Assembly (NCBI GenBank): GCA_027487845.1
Contig: JAIYCV010000006.1
Span: 36,940-100,939 of the forward strand
Reading direction: 5' to 3'
From: Flammeovirgaceae bacterium
Lineage (GTDB): Bacteria; Bacteroidota; Bacteroidia; Cytophagales; Cyclobacteriaceae
Length of the DNA: 64,000 nt
A program made the translations under genes and the position numbers. A model generated the notes under the pieces. The model searched no databases and was not told where the DNA came from. It saw only the letters and a program-made list of their open reading frames with translations. Within the stretch, counting starts at the first letter, position 1. Each line of letters starts with the position of its first letter. Shown here piece by piece: positions 24,821-35,114 of the stretch.

Positions 24821-25018
24821 ATGAGTAACTTAATTCATCAGTTGAAAGAGAGACGGGAAACCTTAAAAATAAGCCAGGAAACGTTGGCTGAGCTATCCGG
24901 CATTGGCCTACGCACCCTCAAACAACTGGAAAGCGGCAAGGGCAACCCTACACTAGCTACACTCCAAAAGCTGGCGGAAACGCTTGGGATGGAAATAATA
25001 GTCGAAGTGAAAAAATAG
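24821..25018 (+). CDS. hipB: XRE-family HTH regulator (HipB-like)
   Basis: LKERRETLKISQETLAELSGIG..TLKQLESGKGNPTLATL, first gene of the hip operon. Confidence 0.85.
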   Translation: MSNLIHQLKERRETLKISQETLAELSGIGLRTLKQLESGKGNPTLATLQKLAETLGMEIIVEVKK

Positions 25019-25023
25019 TATAA

Positions 25024-25353
25024 ATGAGAAACGCGGAAGTTTTCTACAATAAAAAACTGGCGGGCTTCCTCATTGAAGAAAGTCGTAGCAACTATATTTT
25101 CCGCTACGAGGACACTTACTTTTCCAATCATGCGCTTCCTGCCATTAGCCTCACTTTGCCAAAAACTCAGCAAGAATATAAAAGCGAGGTGATGTTTCCA
25201 TTTTTTAGTAACATGATCGCAGAGGGAACCAACCTGGCCGTTCAAAGCCGGTACCTGAAAATCGATGAAAACGATGTGATGAGTTTATTAACTGCCACTG
25301 CCAACGATGATACCGTTGGTGCAGTAACGGTTAAATTAAAGAGGGCGTCATGA
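25024..25353 (+). CDS. HipA N-terminal domain protein (HipS-like antitoxin)
   Basis: YIFRYEDTY...AISLTLP...MFPFFSNMIAEG is the HipA N-terminal/couple_hipA pattern. ATGA overlap with the kinase. Confidence 0.85.
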   Translation: MRNAEVFYNKKLAGFLIEESRSNYIFRYEDTYFSNHALPAISLTLPKTQQEYKSEVMFPFFSNMIAEGTNLAVQSRYLKIDENDVMSLLTATANDDTVGAVTVKLKRAS

Positions 25354-26378
25354 TTTTGGACGAAATAAATATATGCCCCTCTACATTGGCAGTAGGTCAT
25401 ACCACCTATAGTCCTGTTGCTTTGCGCCATTTATTCAATGGCAAAAAAGTAAATCACGTATTGGACTTTGATGCTCCGCAGACGAACGAAATCGTGGCTG
25501 AAAAATTCAGGCTAAACACAACTTCGATCTCCATCAGCGGAGCGCAATTCAAACAATCACTGGTACTCGATAAAAAGAAATTGCGGTTGACTAAACCGGG
25601 TGAGCCCGGTCAATACATTTTAAAACCCATCCCCCTAAGGCCGCCTTTTGGCAATGAAGATCAACTGCCGGCCAACGAGCACCTCACTATGCAAATTGCC
25701 AAACAAGCCTTTGGCATAAATATAGCCGAGTGCGCGCTGGTTTTTTTCAATAACGGAGAGCCGGCCTACCTCACCAAAAGGTTTGACTACGCAAGTAATG
25801 GAAATAAAATTGCACAAGAAGACTTTGCCTCACTTATGATGCGCTCAAAAGAAAGAGAAGCCGATACCTATCGCACCAGCGGCAGCTATGAAGACATTGC
25901 CACGACCATGAAAAAATATCTGCCTGCCTATGCTGTGGAAATTGAGAAATATTTTGAGCGGGTGGTTTTCAACTACCTCTTCAGCAATGGCGATGCCCAC
26001 CTTAAAAATTTTTCAGTACAACAGACTGTGAATGGCGACTACCTGCTTACGCCCGCCTACGACCTCATCAACACCCGTATCCACCTGCCCAACGATTCCT
26101 TCTTCGCGTTGCGCGATGGATTGTTCCGCGATTACGAAACCGAAAGCATGAAGGCACTGGGATTCTATGCCTATGACGATTTTTATGAATTCGGTAGGCG
26201 AATCAATATGATTGAAAGCCGCCTGAAAAAAATTTTTGAAAAGTACCGGACAGAAAATGCAAAGGTTCGCACGTTGATCAGCATTTCCTTTCTTGATGAC
26301 GAGTCGAAATCCAACTATGAAAAATACTATCTTGAACGACTGAAAATGCTGAACAATTCTTATTCAAAGAAAATATGA
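25350..26378 (+). CDS. HipA/HipT-family serine/threonine kinase toxin
   Basis: SISGAQFK, YILKP, PANEHLTMQIA, YLTKRFD, EDFASL, NGDAHLKNFS and LTPAYDL motifs. Confidence 0.93.
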   Translation: MILDEINICPSTLAVGHTTYSPVALRHLFNGKKVNHVLDFDAPQTNEIVAEKFRLNTTSISISGAQFKQSLVLDKKKLRLTKPGEPGQYILKPIPLRPPFGNEDQLPANEHLTMQIAKQAFGINIAECALVFFNNGEPAYLTKRFDYASNGNKIAQEDFASLMMRSKEREADTYRTSGSYEDIATTMKKYLPAYAVEIEKYFERVVFNYLFSNGDAHLKNFSVQQTVNGDYLLTPAYDLINTRIHLPNDSFFALRDGLFRDYETESMKALGFYAYDDFYEFGRRINMIESRLKKIFEKYRTENAKVRTLISISFLDDESKSNYEKYYLERLKMLNNSYSKKI

Positions 26379-26533
26379 GTTACGAATACTCCGAAGACGG
26401 CTTGGTAGAAGGTGCCAACCAGCAGGTGCTGGAGGAGTTGGGCTGGCAGGTAGAGTATGCATGGAAGAATGAAACCTTTGGCGAAAATGGCTTGCTCGGC
26501 CGCGAGAATAAATCGGAAGCCTACTGGTATTAG
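26375..26533 (+). pseudogene. hsdR: Truncated N-terminus of type I restriction endonuclease subunit R
   Basis: MSYEYSEDGLVEGANQQVLEELGW...KNETFGENGLLGRENKSE matches HsdR N-termini as I recall them. It stops after 52 codons and overlaps the kinase stop by ATGA. Confidence 0.75.
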
Positions 26534-26705
26534 CGCCCACTAAGATCGCAAATAATTGAGCGTCCGCTCATTTTCGATCTAGTTAAAAATATGTTTACCC
26601 CTATTCGGTGTTGTTACTCACACCTACCACAGGCAAAAGAGTGCTCAGCAATAGTAAGTCAACCTTTAAACGTTAAATCGCCCATGAATAAACAGGCCTG
26701 GGTAT

Positions 26706-27479
26706 TTATGGTTTTAATTCTGGCTTTAAACTGGCAGCTAGTTTAAACAAATTTTGAACTGGCGCCTCGATAATCTGGGGTGAATTGAACCCTTTTATCA
26801 CCAGCCAGATACCCAACGAAAACTCGAACAAGGCTACTGGTAAGGCAAACAACGATGTTATTGGTGCATGCTGCCCTATCAAACCGAACAGCACCGACCC
26901 ATCGCCAACAATAAGTACAAGGCCACCCGTTAACCCAATCACAGCAAGGCTCCTAGGAACAAGCCGCGACTGATATAATAGGAAGCCTAATAAAATATCG
27001 TTCACTGCTGGCATAAAGCTTTGTCCAATAAGAAACACACGATCGTACATAGTTACTAAAGTTTGGCTAACAATTAGTGCTTCTGTGCCCACGCCTTTTT
27101 GCCGCAAGGTAACTACCGTTAACAAGAAACAAACACCCGCGAAGATGGTGCCGGCTTCCAGAACGCGCGAACAAACCAAGCCCATGGCTAAGCCTTCGTT
27201 TTGATTTTTGAGAACTGGGTACAAAGCAACGGCTGAGCCAATGCATGCAAGCGCAACGATGATCTCAAGAACACAGCCAATAATTACAGGCGTTTCTGTT
27301 CCAGTGCCTAGCATATAATTTGGAAGATGTAATGCACTGTAGAGCGCAAGGGTAGGGATGGAAACAAAGGTTAATAAATAAAGTACACCGACAATCAGTG
27401 AGGTCTTCCGCAAAGCACTCATGGATACTCGTTCGCCTGGTTCGCTTGTACTCATGGCTGTAGTTCTAGTTGATTTCAT
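26706..27479 (-). CDS. DUF4386 family membrane protein
   Basis: LRKTSLIVGVLYLLTF, ALYPVLK...LA.G...SR.LEA and ALFEFSLGIWL.IKGF patterns. Confidence 0.8.
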   Translation of the reverse strand: MKSTRTTAMSTSEPGERVSMSALRKTSLIVGVLYLLTFVSIPTLALYSALHLPNYMLGTGTETPVIIGCVLEIIVALACIGSAVALYPVLKNQNEGLAMGLVCSRVLEAGTIFAGVCFLLTVVTLRQKGVGTEALIVSQTLVTMYDRVFLIGQSFMPAVNDILLGFLLYQSRLVPRSLAVIGLTGGLVLIVGDGSVLFGLIGQHAPITSLFALPVALFEFSLGIWLVIKGFNSPQIIEAPVQNLFKLAASLKPELKP

Positions 27480-27572
27480 TTTGAGTTATAAGAGTTGGGT
27501 ATCGCTTTTTGTTGTACTTGTGACAATAGTACTTGTGGTAGGTTTTGTTATATTCTATTCTGTTCTGTTCTG

Positions 27573-28265
27573 TTAATGTCTTGCAAGTGGATTGATTCTC
27601 CAAGGCTTGGCAAAATGCAGAGCAAGAATAAGGCTTCGGTTATACATTTCACTGCTGTTGGCAATGTTGGTTAAACCATAATTGTACCGAATGTCAAGTC
27701 GAATTGCTTTTTTCTTTGTATGAAAGGTGTAACCACCACCCAGTTGAACACCTGCTTCCCACCGCTTATAGTTGTCAATCGAACTATTAAATAAGAGATC
27801 AGATGTTGAGTTTTCATTTTTCTGCGATCCATACATGTTATAAGCAATGGACGGCCCGGCATTTAAATAGAACTTACCCATATGAACACGCGCCATTACG
27901 GGTAATTCAAGCGTATATAAGCGGATGTTCGTGTTAGCGCCTGTTAGCACATTGCCTGCCTTTAGTTCACCACCCTTCATAAAAAAATACAGTTCCGACA
28001 CAAGCGAAACGCGAGGAGTAATACCAGCTTGAAATGACACGCCTACTTGTGCACCCAATACAGCTTTCTTATGACTGGCTAGTGCGCTATTCGATTTTCC
28101 ATAATTAAAGTTTGTTCCAACCACATTCAGCACAACGTCTAAATAGGTTTCCGTGACACGACTACTTTTTATTTTGGTTTCGGCTACTTCATTAGGTTGG
28201 CTAAATGAAATTTTGGTTAGGATAATCATACCTAGTATGAGTCCTGTGTGTAGATGTTTTTTCAT
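27573..28265 (-). CDS. Outer-membrane beta-barrel protein (PorT-like/OMP_b-brl_2); start at ATG 28265
   Basis: Signal peptide MKKHLHTGLILG...FSQ; LELPVMAR, FYLNAGPSIAY and DIRYNYGLTNI. Confidence 0.8.
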   Translation of the reverse strand: MKKHLHTGLILGMIILTKISFSQPNEVAETKIKSSRVTETYLDVVLNVVGTNFNYGKSNSALASHKKAVLGAQVGVSFQAGITPRVSLVSELYFFMKGGELKAGNVLTGANTNIRLYTLELPVMARVHMGKFYLNAGPSIAYNMYGSQKNENSTSDLLFNSSIDNYKRWEAGVQLGGGYTFHTKKKAIRLDIRYNYGLTNIANSSEMYNRSLILALHFAKPWRINPLARH

Positions 28266-28319
28266 TATTCTTTTTGTTTGGTCAAAAGAACATGAATGCG
28301 TAAGGTATGCCAATTCAAT

Positions 28320-28355
28320 TATGCAAAGTGTGTGAATGTGTCTGCATAACCCGGA
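28320..28355. promoter_or_regulatory. LytTR-type direct repeat (T(A/C)TGCA x2, 21-bp period) upstream of the OMP gene
   Basis: TATGCA at 28320 and TCTGCA at 28341. GAATGTGTCTGCATAACCCG matches the site at 30252. Confidence 0.6.
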
Positions 28356-28381
28356 TTTAGGCTTGCCAAATAAACGAAGGT

Positions 28382-29083
28382 TTACTGCTTATTGTTGATG
28401 AGCTGAAAGAAAGCCTCTTTATACGTGTCTGAAATAGGGATAAAAAGATCAGCAATTTTTATCCTGCTGCGCTCAATAGATTCGATTTTATTTAACGCCA
28501 CCATATACGATTTATGCACCCTGCAAATAATGCTTGGAGGAATTAAGATCTCGAACTCACTGAAATTCTGCAGCGTCATTACCTTGATAGTTTTAGTTGT
28601 GGTATGGATTCTACGATAATCTCTCATGCCTTCTATATACACAATGTCATTGAGCATGATTTTCTCTAATCGATTTTCTGTCTTTACGAAAATAAAATCG
28701 GGCACTGGTTGAGCTGCATGACGAACCATATTTTCTTGGGCTTTATTTACGGCCTGCAAAAAACGGTTAAACGTAAATGGTTTTAGAAGGTAGTCGGTAA
28801 TTCGAAGTTCGTACCCTTTTAACGCATACTCTTGGTAGGCTGTAGTGATTATCACCTGGCTATTTATTTTCGAACTCTCCAATAAGTCTATTCCCGAAAG
28901 CTCATCCATATTGATATCCAGAAATAGCACGTCAACTTTATTATTATTCAAATAAGTGAGGCCTTTGAGTGCATTATCAAATGTTGCACTTAAATGTAAA
29001 AAGGGAACTTTGGCTACAAAATCCTTTGTTTTATCGAGTGCTAATGGTTCATCTTCTATTATGATGCAAGTGTATTTAATCAT
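28382..29083 (-). CDS. LytTR-family response regulator
   Basis: IEDEP, VLFLDINM, TTAY and DYLLKP, plus LytTR domain (IVYIEGMRDY, RVHKSYMV). Confidence 0.95.
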   Translation of the reverse strand: MIKYTCIIIEDEPLALDKTKDFVAKVPFLHLSATFDNALKGLTYLNNNKVDVLFLDINMDELSGIDLLESSKINSQVIITTAYQEYALKGYELRITDYLLKPFTFNRFLQAVNKAQENMVRHAAQPVPDFIFVKTENRLEKIMLNDIVYIEGMRDYRRIHTTTKTIKVMTLQNFSEFEILIPPSIICRVHKSYMVALNKIESIERSRIKIADLFIPISDTYKEAFFQLINNKQ

Positions 29084-30140
29084 TCGGAATTGTTAAGTTC
29101 ACTGTATAAAGGTCATCATTTTTTTGTACGTCTAAGGTGTATTTTTCAGTATAAAGTAGATCTAGTCGTTTTTTAATAAGTTCGTTACCCAAACCGCCAA
29201 CAGGTTGCTTGGTCAACGTTGGTCCGAACTTGTTTTTACAAATTAATTGCACGGTGTCAGCGTTGCCAATTATATTAATGGTAATGGCATTCTCCACCTT
29301 CTTGTTATTGGTGTGCTTAAATGCATTCTCAATGAATGGGATAAACACCATAGGGGCTACACGTTTGCGTCCAATGCTACCTGTTACTTCGAAGTGGACA
29401 TACGTCTTGTTTGCCGTTCGTATCTTTTGGAGGTCGATGTATTTTTCTAAGTATTCAATTTCCTGAGAAAGAAGGATCCGCTCTGCGGTGGTTTCATACA
29501 ACACAAATCGCATAATATCTGACAGTTTATTTAAATAATTAGAGGCAGCAACGGCATCTTTTAAAATCAAAGAATCGATATTGTTAATAGTGTTAAACAG
29601 GAGGTGTGGGTCTATTTGCGATTTAATTAATGCCAACTCCATTGCATGGTTTTTTTCTCTGAGCAGTTCGCGCAGTTTAATTTCATTGAACCAGGTAATA
29701 AATCCTTTGATAACCAATGCCACAGCTCCACAGATGGCGCCAATAATGGTCATAATTAAGATTACTCTTACAGCTGTAGACCGACCGTTTCTGCCGCCTT
29801 GATCCATATCAACAACATAACCTGATTCAATTAGGTATCGATGCAGGGTATAGGCTGCTACTGCCCCTGTGACTGAAATAAGCACGCCAACAATCAGCGA
29901 AAGAAAGAATTTCTTTTGCTGCAGATACCTTGAAAAGAGAAAAAAATAGTACGCATAAAATGAAATGATAGAAGGTGTAATCGCAAACAGAAAAATGTTT
30001 TGCAAGGCAATGTTAATGCGTGATTCCCGACTACTATCGTAGAGGCCACTTCGATAGTAAAGGCTTACCATGATTAATACGAGCAGGAGATAACATGCCC
30101 AAAAACCGATGTGTAACAAAACAACAAGATACTTTTTCAC
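29076..30140 (-). CDS. LytS-type sensor histidine kinase
   Basis: Four TMs, ELALIKSQIDPHLLFNTINNI, LSDIMRFVLYE, EIEYLEKYIDLQ, PFIENAFKH and GLGN. Confidence 0.93.
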   Translation of the reverse strand: MKKYLVVLLHIGFWACYLLLVLIMVSLYYRSGLYDSSRESRINIALQNIFLFAITPSIISFYAYYFFLFSRYLQQKKFFLSLIVGVLISVTGAVAAYTLHRYLIESGYVVDMDQGGRNGRSTAVRVILIMTIIGAICGAVALVIKGFITWFNEIKLRELLREKNHAMELALIKSQIDPHLLFNTINNIDSLILKDAVAASNYLNKLSDIMRFVLYETTAERILLSQEIEYLEKYIDLQKIRTANKTYVHFEVTGSIGRKRVAPMVFIPFIENAFKHTNNKKVENAITINIIGNADTVQLICKNKFGPTLTKQPVGGLGNELIKKRLDLLYTEKYTLDVQKNDDLYTVNLTIPND

Positions 30141-30237
30141 ATGTCAATAGTTAGTTCTGCGTAGCTCTTCCTTTCAAAATTGAAATTACAAACAAGCGAT
30201 GAAAGGTTCACTTTTGTTTTGATTTTATGGAAAACTA

Positions 30238-30272
30238 TCTGCAACTAGGCCGAATGCGTCTGCAAAATCCGA
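30238..30272. promoter_or_regulatory. LytTR-type direct repeat (TCTGCA x2, 21-bp period) upstream of the kinase operon
   Basis: TCTGCA at 30238 and 30259; GAATGCGTCTGCAAAATCCG. Confidence 0.6.
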
Positions 30273-30508
30273 CTGTCAGGAATTATTAAGCAGTAAAACG
30301 GGAAAATGGAGAGTATGAAGTTAGCAAGGGCTTGTTTGCCTTTTATGGAGGTGCGATGGCCTATTAATGGGTCATTGCACCAGTTTGTCTTATACCCTCG
30401 AATATCTTGTGTCCTTGTCTCCCTTGTTTTTTATACCAGTTAATTCACCAAAGAACCTTTGAATAATAATTCTATCTTCTTAGGTTTATCGAATTAAACT
30501 GTGCCTTA

Positions 30509-32596
30509 ATGATTGAAATTCCATACCCCGTAAAACCCGCCTACGTAGACAATAAAGTTACTGAACCCTCGACAGAATTCAAACGTGAGGTCACAAAGGT
30601 GCTAGCGTCAATCCTCCTGTTCATACTGGTTTACTTTTTGCTCATGACCAGTGCCATTGGCTTAGCCCTGCTGTCGGGGTTCGGAGGGATAATGCTTATT
30701 GGGTTTCATCCAAGTTTCATTACGCTGATGCTTGGCCTGGGACTGATCGGCTTAGGAATGATGGTTTTGTTCTTTCTCATCAAGTTTTTGTTTAAGAAAG
30801 TTACCATCGATCGTTCGCACTTGATAGAAATAAAAAGGAAAGATCAACCTTATCTTTTTGCCTTTGTAGATAAACTGACAAACGAAATTGGCGCGCCTTT
30901 TCCAAAACGTATTTACCTGTCGGCAGATGTAAATGCGTGTGTATTTTATGATTCGGGTTTTTGGAGCATGTTTTTGCCTGTTCGTAAAAATCTTCAAATT
31001 GGATTAGGCCTCGTCAACGCAACGAATATGAGTGAGTTTAAAGCGGTTTTAGCACATGAGTTTGGCCACTTTTCTCAACGCAGTATGAAATTAGGAAGTT
31101 ATGTGTATAACGTAAACCAGGTGATCTTCAATATGCTTTATGATAACGCAGGCTATGGCCAAGCACTTGAGACATGGGGTAACCTGAGCAGCTACTTTGC
31201 CATTTTCTCAAATCTTACTGCCGGCATTGTTCAGGGCATTCAATCTATTTTACAACAGATGTATGGTTTCATAAACAAGAACTACATGAGCCTATCACAG
31301 CAAATGGAGTTTCATGCCGATGCGGTAGCTGCATCAGTGGCGGGTGGCAATCATCTCGTTTCTGCTTTGCGAAGATTAAATATGGCAGATAATAGCTATC
31401 AGCGATTACTCCAAGTATACAATACATGGGTACGTGATAATTTGAAAGCTGAAAACATGTATCCGCACCACCAAGAAGTAATGATGCATTTTGCCACCGA
31501 TCTGGCCATTCCCATCGCTCACGGCCTGCCGCAAATAGATGAAACCAGATTCAAACAATTGTCGGCAAGCAGGATAACGATCAAAGACCAATGGGCTTCT
31601 CACCCGAGTACGGAAGATCGGGCGGCACACCTCCAGCAATTAAAAATTGATACAGACGCGATGCATCTTCCCGCTTGGAGTATTTTGGCTGAGTCAGAAA
31701 AGATACAAAAGCAAATGACCGATCTACTATATGCATCAACGATCTTTGCGAAAACTCCTACTTTATTCAGCGAATCTATTTTTAATGAGAGGTATTATGC
31801 CCAAGTAAACCGATATAAATTTAATCCGGTCTATAAAGGATATTATGATTTTCGCCCCATGATGCAAATCAACTTCAACCAACTACTTGTGCCCAATGCC
31901 AATGCCATTACCGATATCCTTACCGAAGAACTACTGTCCATACCTCAAAAATTAGAAGTCTTAACAAGAGATATCCAGACCTTAGAAACGCTGCGCTTGA
32001 ACACCGTGTACATTAATACATTTGAGTTGGATGGAAAACGTTTTTTCAAGGCAGACATTAGCATGGTGTTGGATGGTTTAGAAACGGAGAAGAAGATGTT
32101 CGAAGGCCAGCTCGTTTATGCTGATGGTAGGATAGCCGCTCTTGCTTATGGCAAGGCAGCGGAAAAAGGCATGGGTGGGGAACTACAAAAACGATATAGC
32201 AATTGGGAAACCTGTGAAGAGGAAACAACCCAAGCAGCCGAATTTTACAACAGTAGTATGAACATAATGCGCCCTGCTTACGAAGGGCAAATCACCATCG
32301 AGAGTGCGTATGCAATTGACAACCAACTTAAGTTGAAGGAGAAAACATTGAAAGAGAAAATGCAAAAAATGATTGACTCCCCGGAAAATGAGTGGGAACT
32401 ATCGGATCAAGAAAAGCAAATTGTTGCTACTTATATTAAAGATAAACTTTCTTATTTTACAGAAAAGAACGGGTTTGACAATAATGCGCTTAACTTATTT
32501 ACGAGCGCGCTAACCATTTTTTATCAAGCAACAGCAAACCGCGGTACCAATGCGAAAAGGGAGGTGCTGGATTGGCAAATTCAATTTATTGAATAA
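30509..32596 (+). CDS. M48-family (HtpX/Ste24-like) membrane zinc metallopeptidase
   Basis: Two N-terminal TMs, LAHEFGH (HExxH), EFHADAVA and SHPSTEDR. Confidence 0.9.
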   Translation: MIEIPYPVKPAYVDNKVTEPSTEFKREVTKVLASILLFILVYFLLMTSAIGLALLSGFGGIMLIGFHPSFITLMLGLGLIGLGMMVLFFLIKFLFKKVTIDRSHLIEIKRKDQPYLFAFVDKLTNEIGAPFPKRIYLSADVNACVFYDSGFWSMFLPVRKNLQIGLGLVNATNMSEFKAVLAHEFGHFSQRSMKLGSYVYNVNQVIFNMLYDNAGYGQALETWGNLSSYFAIFSNLTAGIVQGIQSILQQMYGFINKNYMSLSQQMEFHADAVAASVAGGNHLVSALRRLNMADNSYQRLLQVYNTWVRDNLKAENMYPHHQEVMMHFATDLAIPIAHGLPQIDETRFKQLSASRITIKDQWASHPSTEDRAAHLQQLKIDTDAMHLPAWSILAESEKIQKQMTDLLYASTIFAKTPTLFSESIFNERYYAQVNRYKFNPVYKGYYDFRPMMQINFNQLLVPNANAITDILTEELLSIPQKLEVLTRDIQTLETLRLNTVYINTFELDGKRFFKADISMVLDGLETEKKMFEGQLVYADGRIAALAYGKAAEKGMGGELQKRYSNWETCEEETTQAAEFYNSSMNIMRPAYEGQITIESAYAIDNQLKLKEKTLKEKMQKMIDSPENEWELSDQEKQIVATYIKDKLSYFTEKNGFDNNALNLFTSALTIFYQATANRGTNAKREVLDWQIQFIE

Positions 32597-32628
32597 GGAG
32601 CCAGTTTTTTTGCCCGTAGAGAATTTTC

Positions 32629-33402
32629 TCAATTATGTATAAGCAACTCCACCCGCCTGTTTTTTTTCCGTCCTATATCGGTCGTATTTTCTGCAATGGG
32701 TTTTGCGCTACCAAGTCCCGCTGTCTCTACTCGCTTGATATTAATACCGTTGTTTACGAGGTATTCGGCAACAACATCCGCGCGTTGCCTGGAGAGCGTA
32801 AGGTTGTTTGCTTCTTTTCCGATGTTATCAGTATGACCAGAGATGCGCACGGAGCGTTCCGGATGCAACTGCAAGTACTCGACAATTGAATTGAGTGTTA
32901 AGAAATGTTCACTTCGCAACATGGATTTATTTGTTTCAAACAATAGTTCTGCGCCCAGTATTATGAGACTGTCTGCCTTTACTACGGGCACAACAACGGT
33001 AGACTGCGTTCTCACCGTGTCACGTAGAACCGGAATAGGAGTGCGCACTGCTGGCGTTGGCTTTCGCAGGGTATCCGTCCTGAACCTTTTATACAACCCC
33101 TTTTTTGCATTCCTTGCCACTTGCTTTTTAAATTTTTCGAAGCTAATGGCGTGGAGCGATGCAGGATGGCCCGCTTGTATGCGGCATAATTTACGGAAGC
33201 ACAGTATTCTGCCAAAAAACGAATGACGTGCGTTCTTGTTTGCTTGCTTAAGCCTTTCTTTGTTTGGACCGCTTAGGTGTGACACCATCCACGGCATTTT
33301 GGGATTACCATATTAACGGCCCACGTTATTTGGTGCAATAACAGATTGGGCCTGTATGCCTATAAAACCGAAAAAGAAAACGAACACAAAAATTGATTTC
33401 AC
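32629..33402 (-). pseudogene. OmpA-family protein interrupted by an in-frame stop at 33313-33315
   Basis: GTG at 33402 gives MKSIFVFVFFFGFIGIQAQSVIAPNNVGR*YGNPKMPW..., in frame with the track ORF 32629..33297. C-terminal OmpA motifs are ISGHTDNIG, LSRQRA and NRRVE. Confidence 0.75.
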
Positions 33403-33514
33403 GCGCAGGGTCGATATAAGTGACGAGAAACAAGTACGCGGCCTTCCCACCCTTTCAAACGAAAGTGTGGGACGGAATATTGCATGGTGGGAACAACAGT
33501 TGAAAATGCAACTA

Positions 33515-33988
33515 CTAATTCAAGTATTCAATTTTGGTGATGCGCCAAACAAATTGTTGCGTGGGGGTTTTTACGATCACCTCGTCACCTACTTCCTTTT
33601 TCAGCAGTGCTTGCGCCATGGGCGAGTCCATCGAGATGTAATCCTTTGCCCCGATAAGTTCTTCACCACCTACAATCCGAAAGCGGTTTTTAAAGCCTTT
33701 TGCGTTTTCTATTTCCACCCAAGCGCCAAACATCACTTTACCCTGCTGATGTGGGTGGTTGTGTACCACTTTCAGATCGTCAATGCATTTGCGCAAGTAG
33801 AGAATGCGCTTGTCAATTTCGCGCAAGCGTTTTTTATTGTAATGGTAGTCGGCATTTTCAGAGCGGTCGCCCAGGCTAGCTGCCCATGTCACCTTTTGTG
33901 TGGTGTCGGGCCGTTCCACTCGCCACAGATGGTTTAACTCTTCTTTCAATTTCTCTAAACCTTCGGGCGTTATCAGCAGCGTTTTCAT
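33515..33988 (-). CDS. greB: Transcription elongation factor GreB
   Basis: ITPEG..KLKEEL.HLWRVERP...VTWAASLGDRSENADYHYNKKRLREIDKRI and ISMDSPMAQALLKKEVGD. Confidence 0.92.
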   Translation of the reverse strand: MKTLLITPEGLEKLKEELNHLWRVERPDTTQKVTWAASLGDRSENADYHYNKKRLREIDKRILYLRKCIDDLKVVHNHPHQQGKVMFGAWVEIENAKGFKNRFRIVGGEELIGAKDYISMDSPMAQALLKKEVGDEVIVKTPTQQFVWRITKIEYLN

Positions 33989-34318
33989 TCTTTGTAGTTT
34001 AGAACTCCTGGCATTCGTATCTGGCCACTAAATAGAAATGACCATCGCCAATGTAGTCAAGAAATTTTAAATAAGTTGTCACAACTGCTTTCGTTGTCGT
34101 GGAACAGGAGTAGTTGCTAAATTGCTCAAAAGTGAATAGTTAGCTTAGTTCAATAATTTTTCCAAAGGTAGCTATCCAATATTTCTAACGAGCTATTCAT
34201 ATTCTTTCTGCCAAAGCCAATACGAAGGCCTTTCGCTAAAGGTAAGTGAAGGCTCAAGCATGCTTATACGAGAACACCTCTCGCTTTTTCTCGCCATGCG
34301 ACTTTTTTTACCGCCTTC

Positions 34319-34994
34319 CTACCTTTCCTGCATCTCCTTCCATAGTTTTTCAAATTGGTTGGCAAACGCTTTGATCGCGGTAGCTTCTCGTGTCACTAAG
34401 ATATTTTCATAATTGTAGTTGGCCGCGCTGAGGGTCCAGTTGTAGCTGCCTGTAATCAACGTGTCGGAGTCGGCAATCATAAATTTATGGTGCATATGAT
34501 TTGATGTGATATCCATTTTAACAGCAATGCCAGCGTTCGCAAGTTGATGGATGTCGGAGCCTAAGTCAAGACTTTTGTCGTTATCCGTAATTATTTTAAT
34601 ATGAATTTTTCTTCGATGAGCCGCGAGCAAACTTTTAGTAATACGGTCGTCACTGATGGTAAACACACAGATCTGCAGTTGAGTAATTGCGCTGTCAATG
34701 TATTGTATGATGGCGTTGCGACAAGCATCTCCCGGGGCTAAAAAATGCACTGGTAGATTGGGTTGTTGGAAGCACCAATGCGCTGGTCGCAGTTTTTATC
34801 CATTCAATAATGAAGGCGTAGTTTGTAGGGGTGCACTTTTCATTAGCCAGTTCAAATATTTTGCTGCGTAAAAAATTCAATTGATTTGTGTCCAATAGCT
34901 TTTCTTGCATCAGCAATTTGAACGTTCGCTTTTCGTCTTTCGAAAAAACCCCGTCAAGGAGGGTGCGCTGCAAAAAATTGATTAGTTCGTCCAT
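34319..34994 (-). pseudogene. Phospholipase D/Nuc-like protein split by a +1 frameshift at about 34731-34736
   Basis: ORF 34695..34994 ends SAFFSPG and ORF 34319..34750 continues GDACRNAII...HMHHKFMIAD...TGSYNWT (HKD motif). Removing one G from AGC CCC GGG AGA joins the two frames. Confidence 0.85.
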
Positions 34995-35114
34995 TCGTCT
35001 AAGCTAAGGAAATCGATTAGAAAACAGAAACTAAAAAGTTAGTATCTTTGGTTAAGAACAATTTAGTTGATCAATTTATGAATCAGTACCCAACAAACAG
35101 AAACCTAAAATAAT

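Noticed and set aside
33356-33937. 193-aa plus-strand ORF
   Set aside because: It is antisense to greB and to the start of the ompA-like gene, so it is a shadow ORF.
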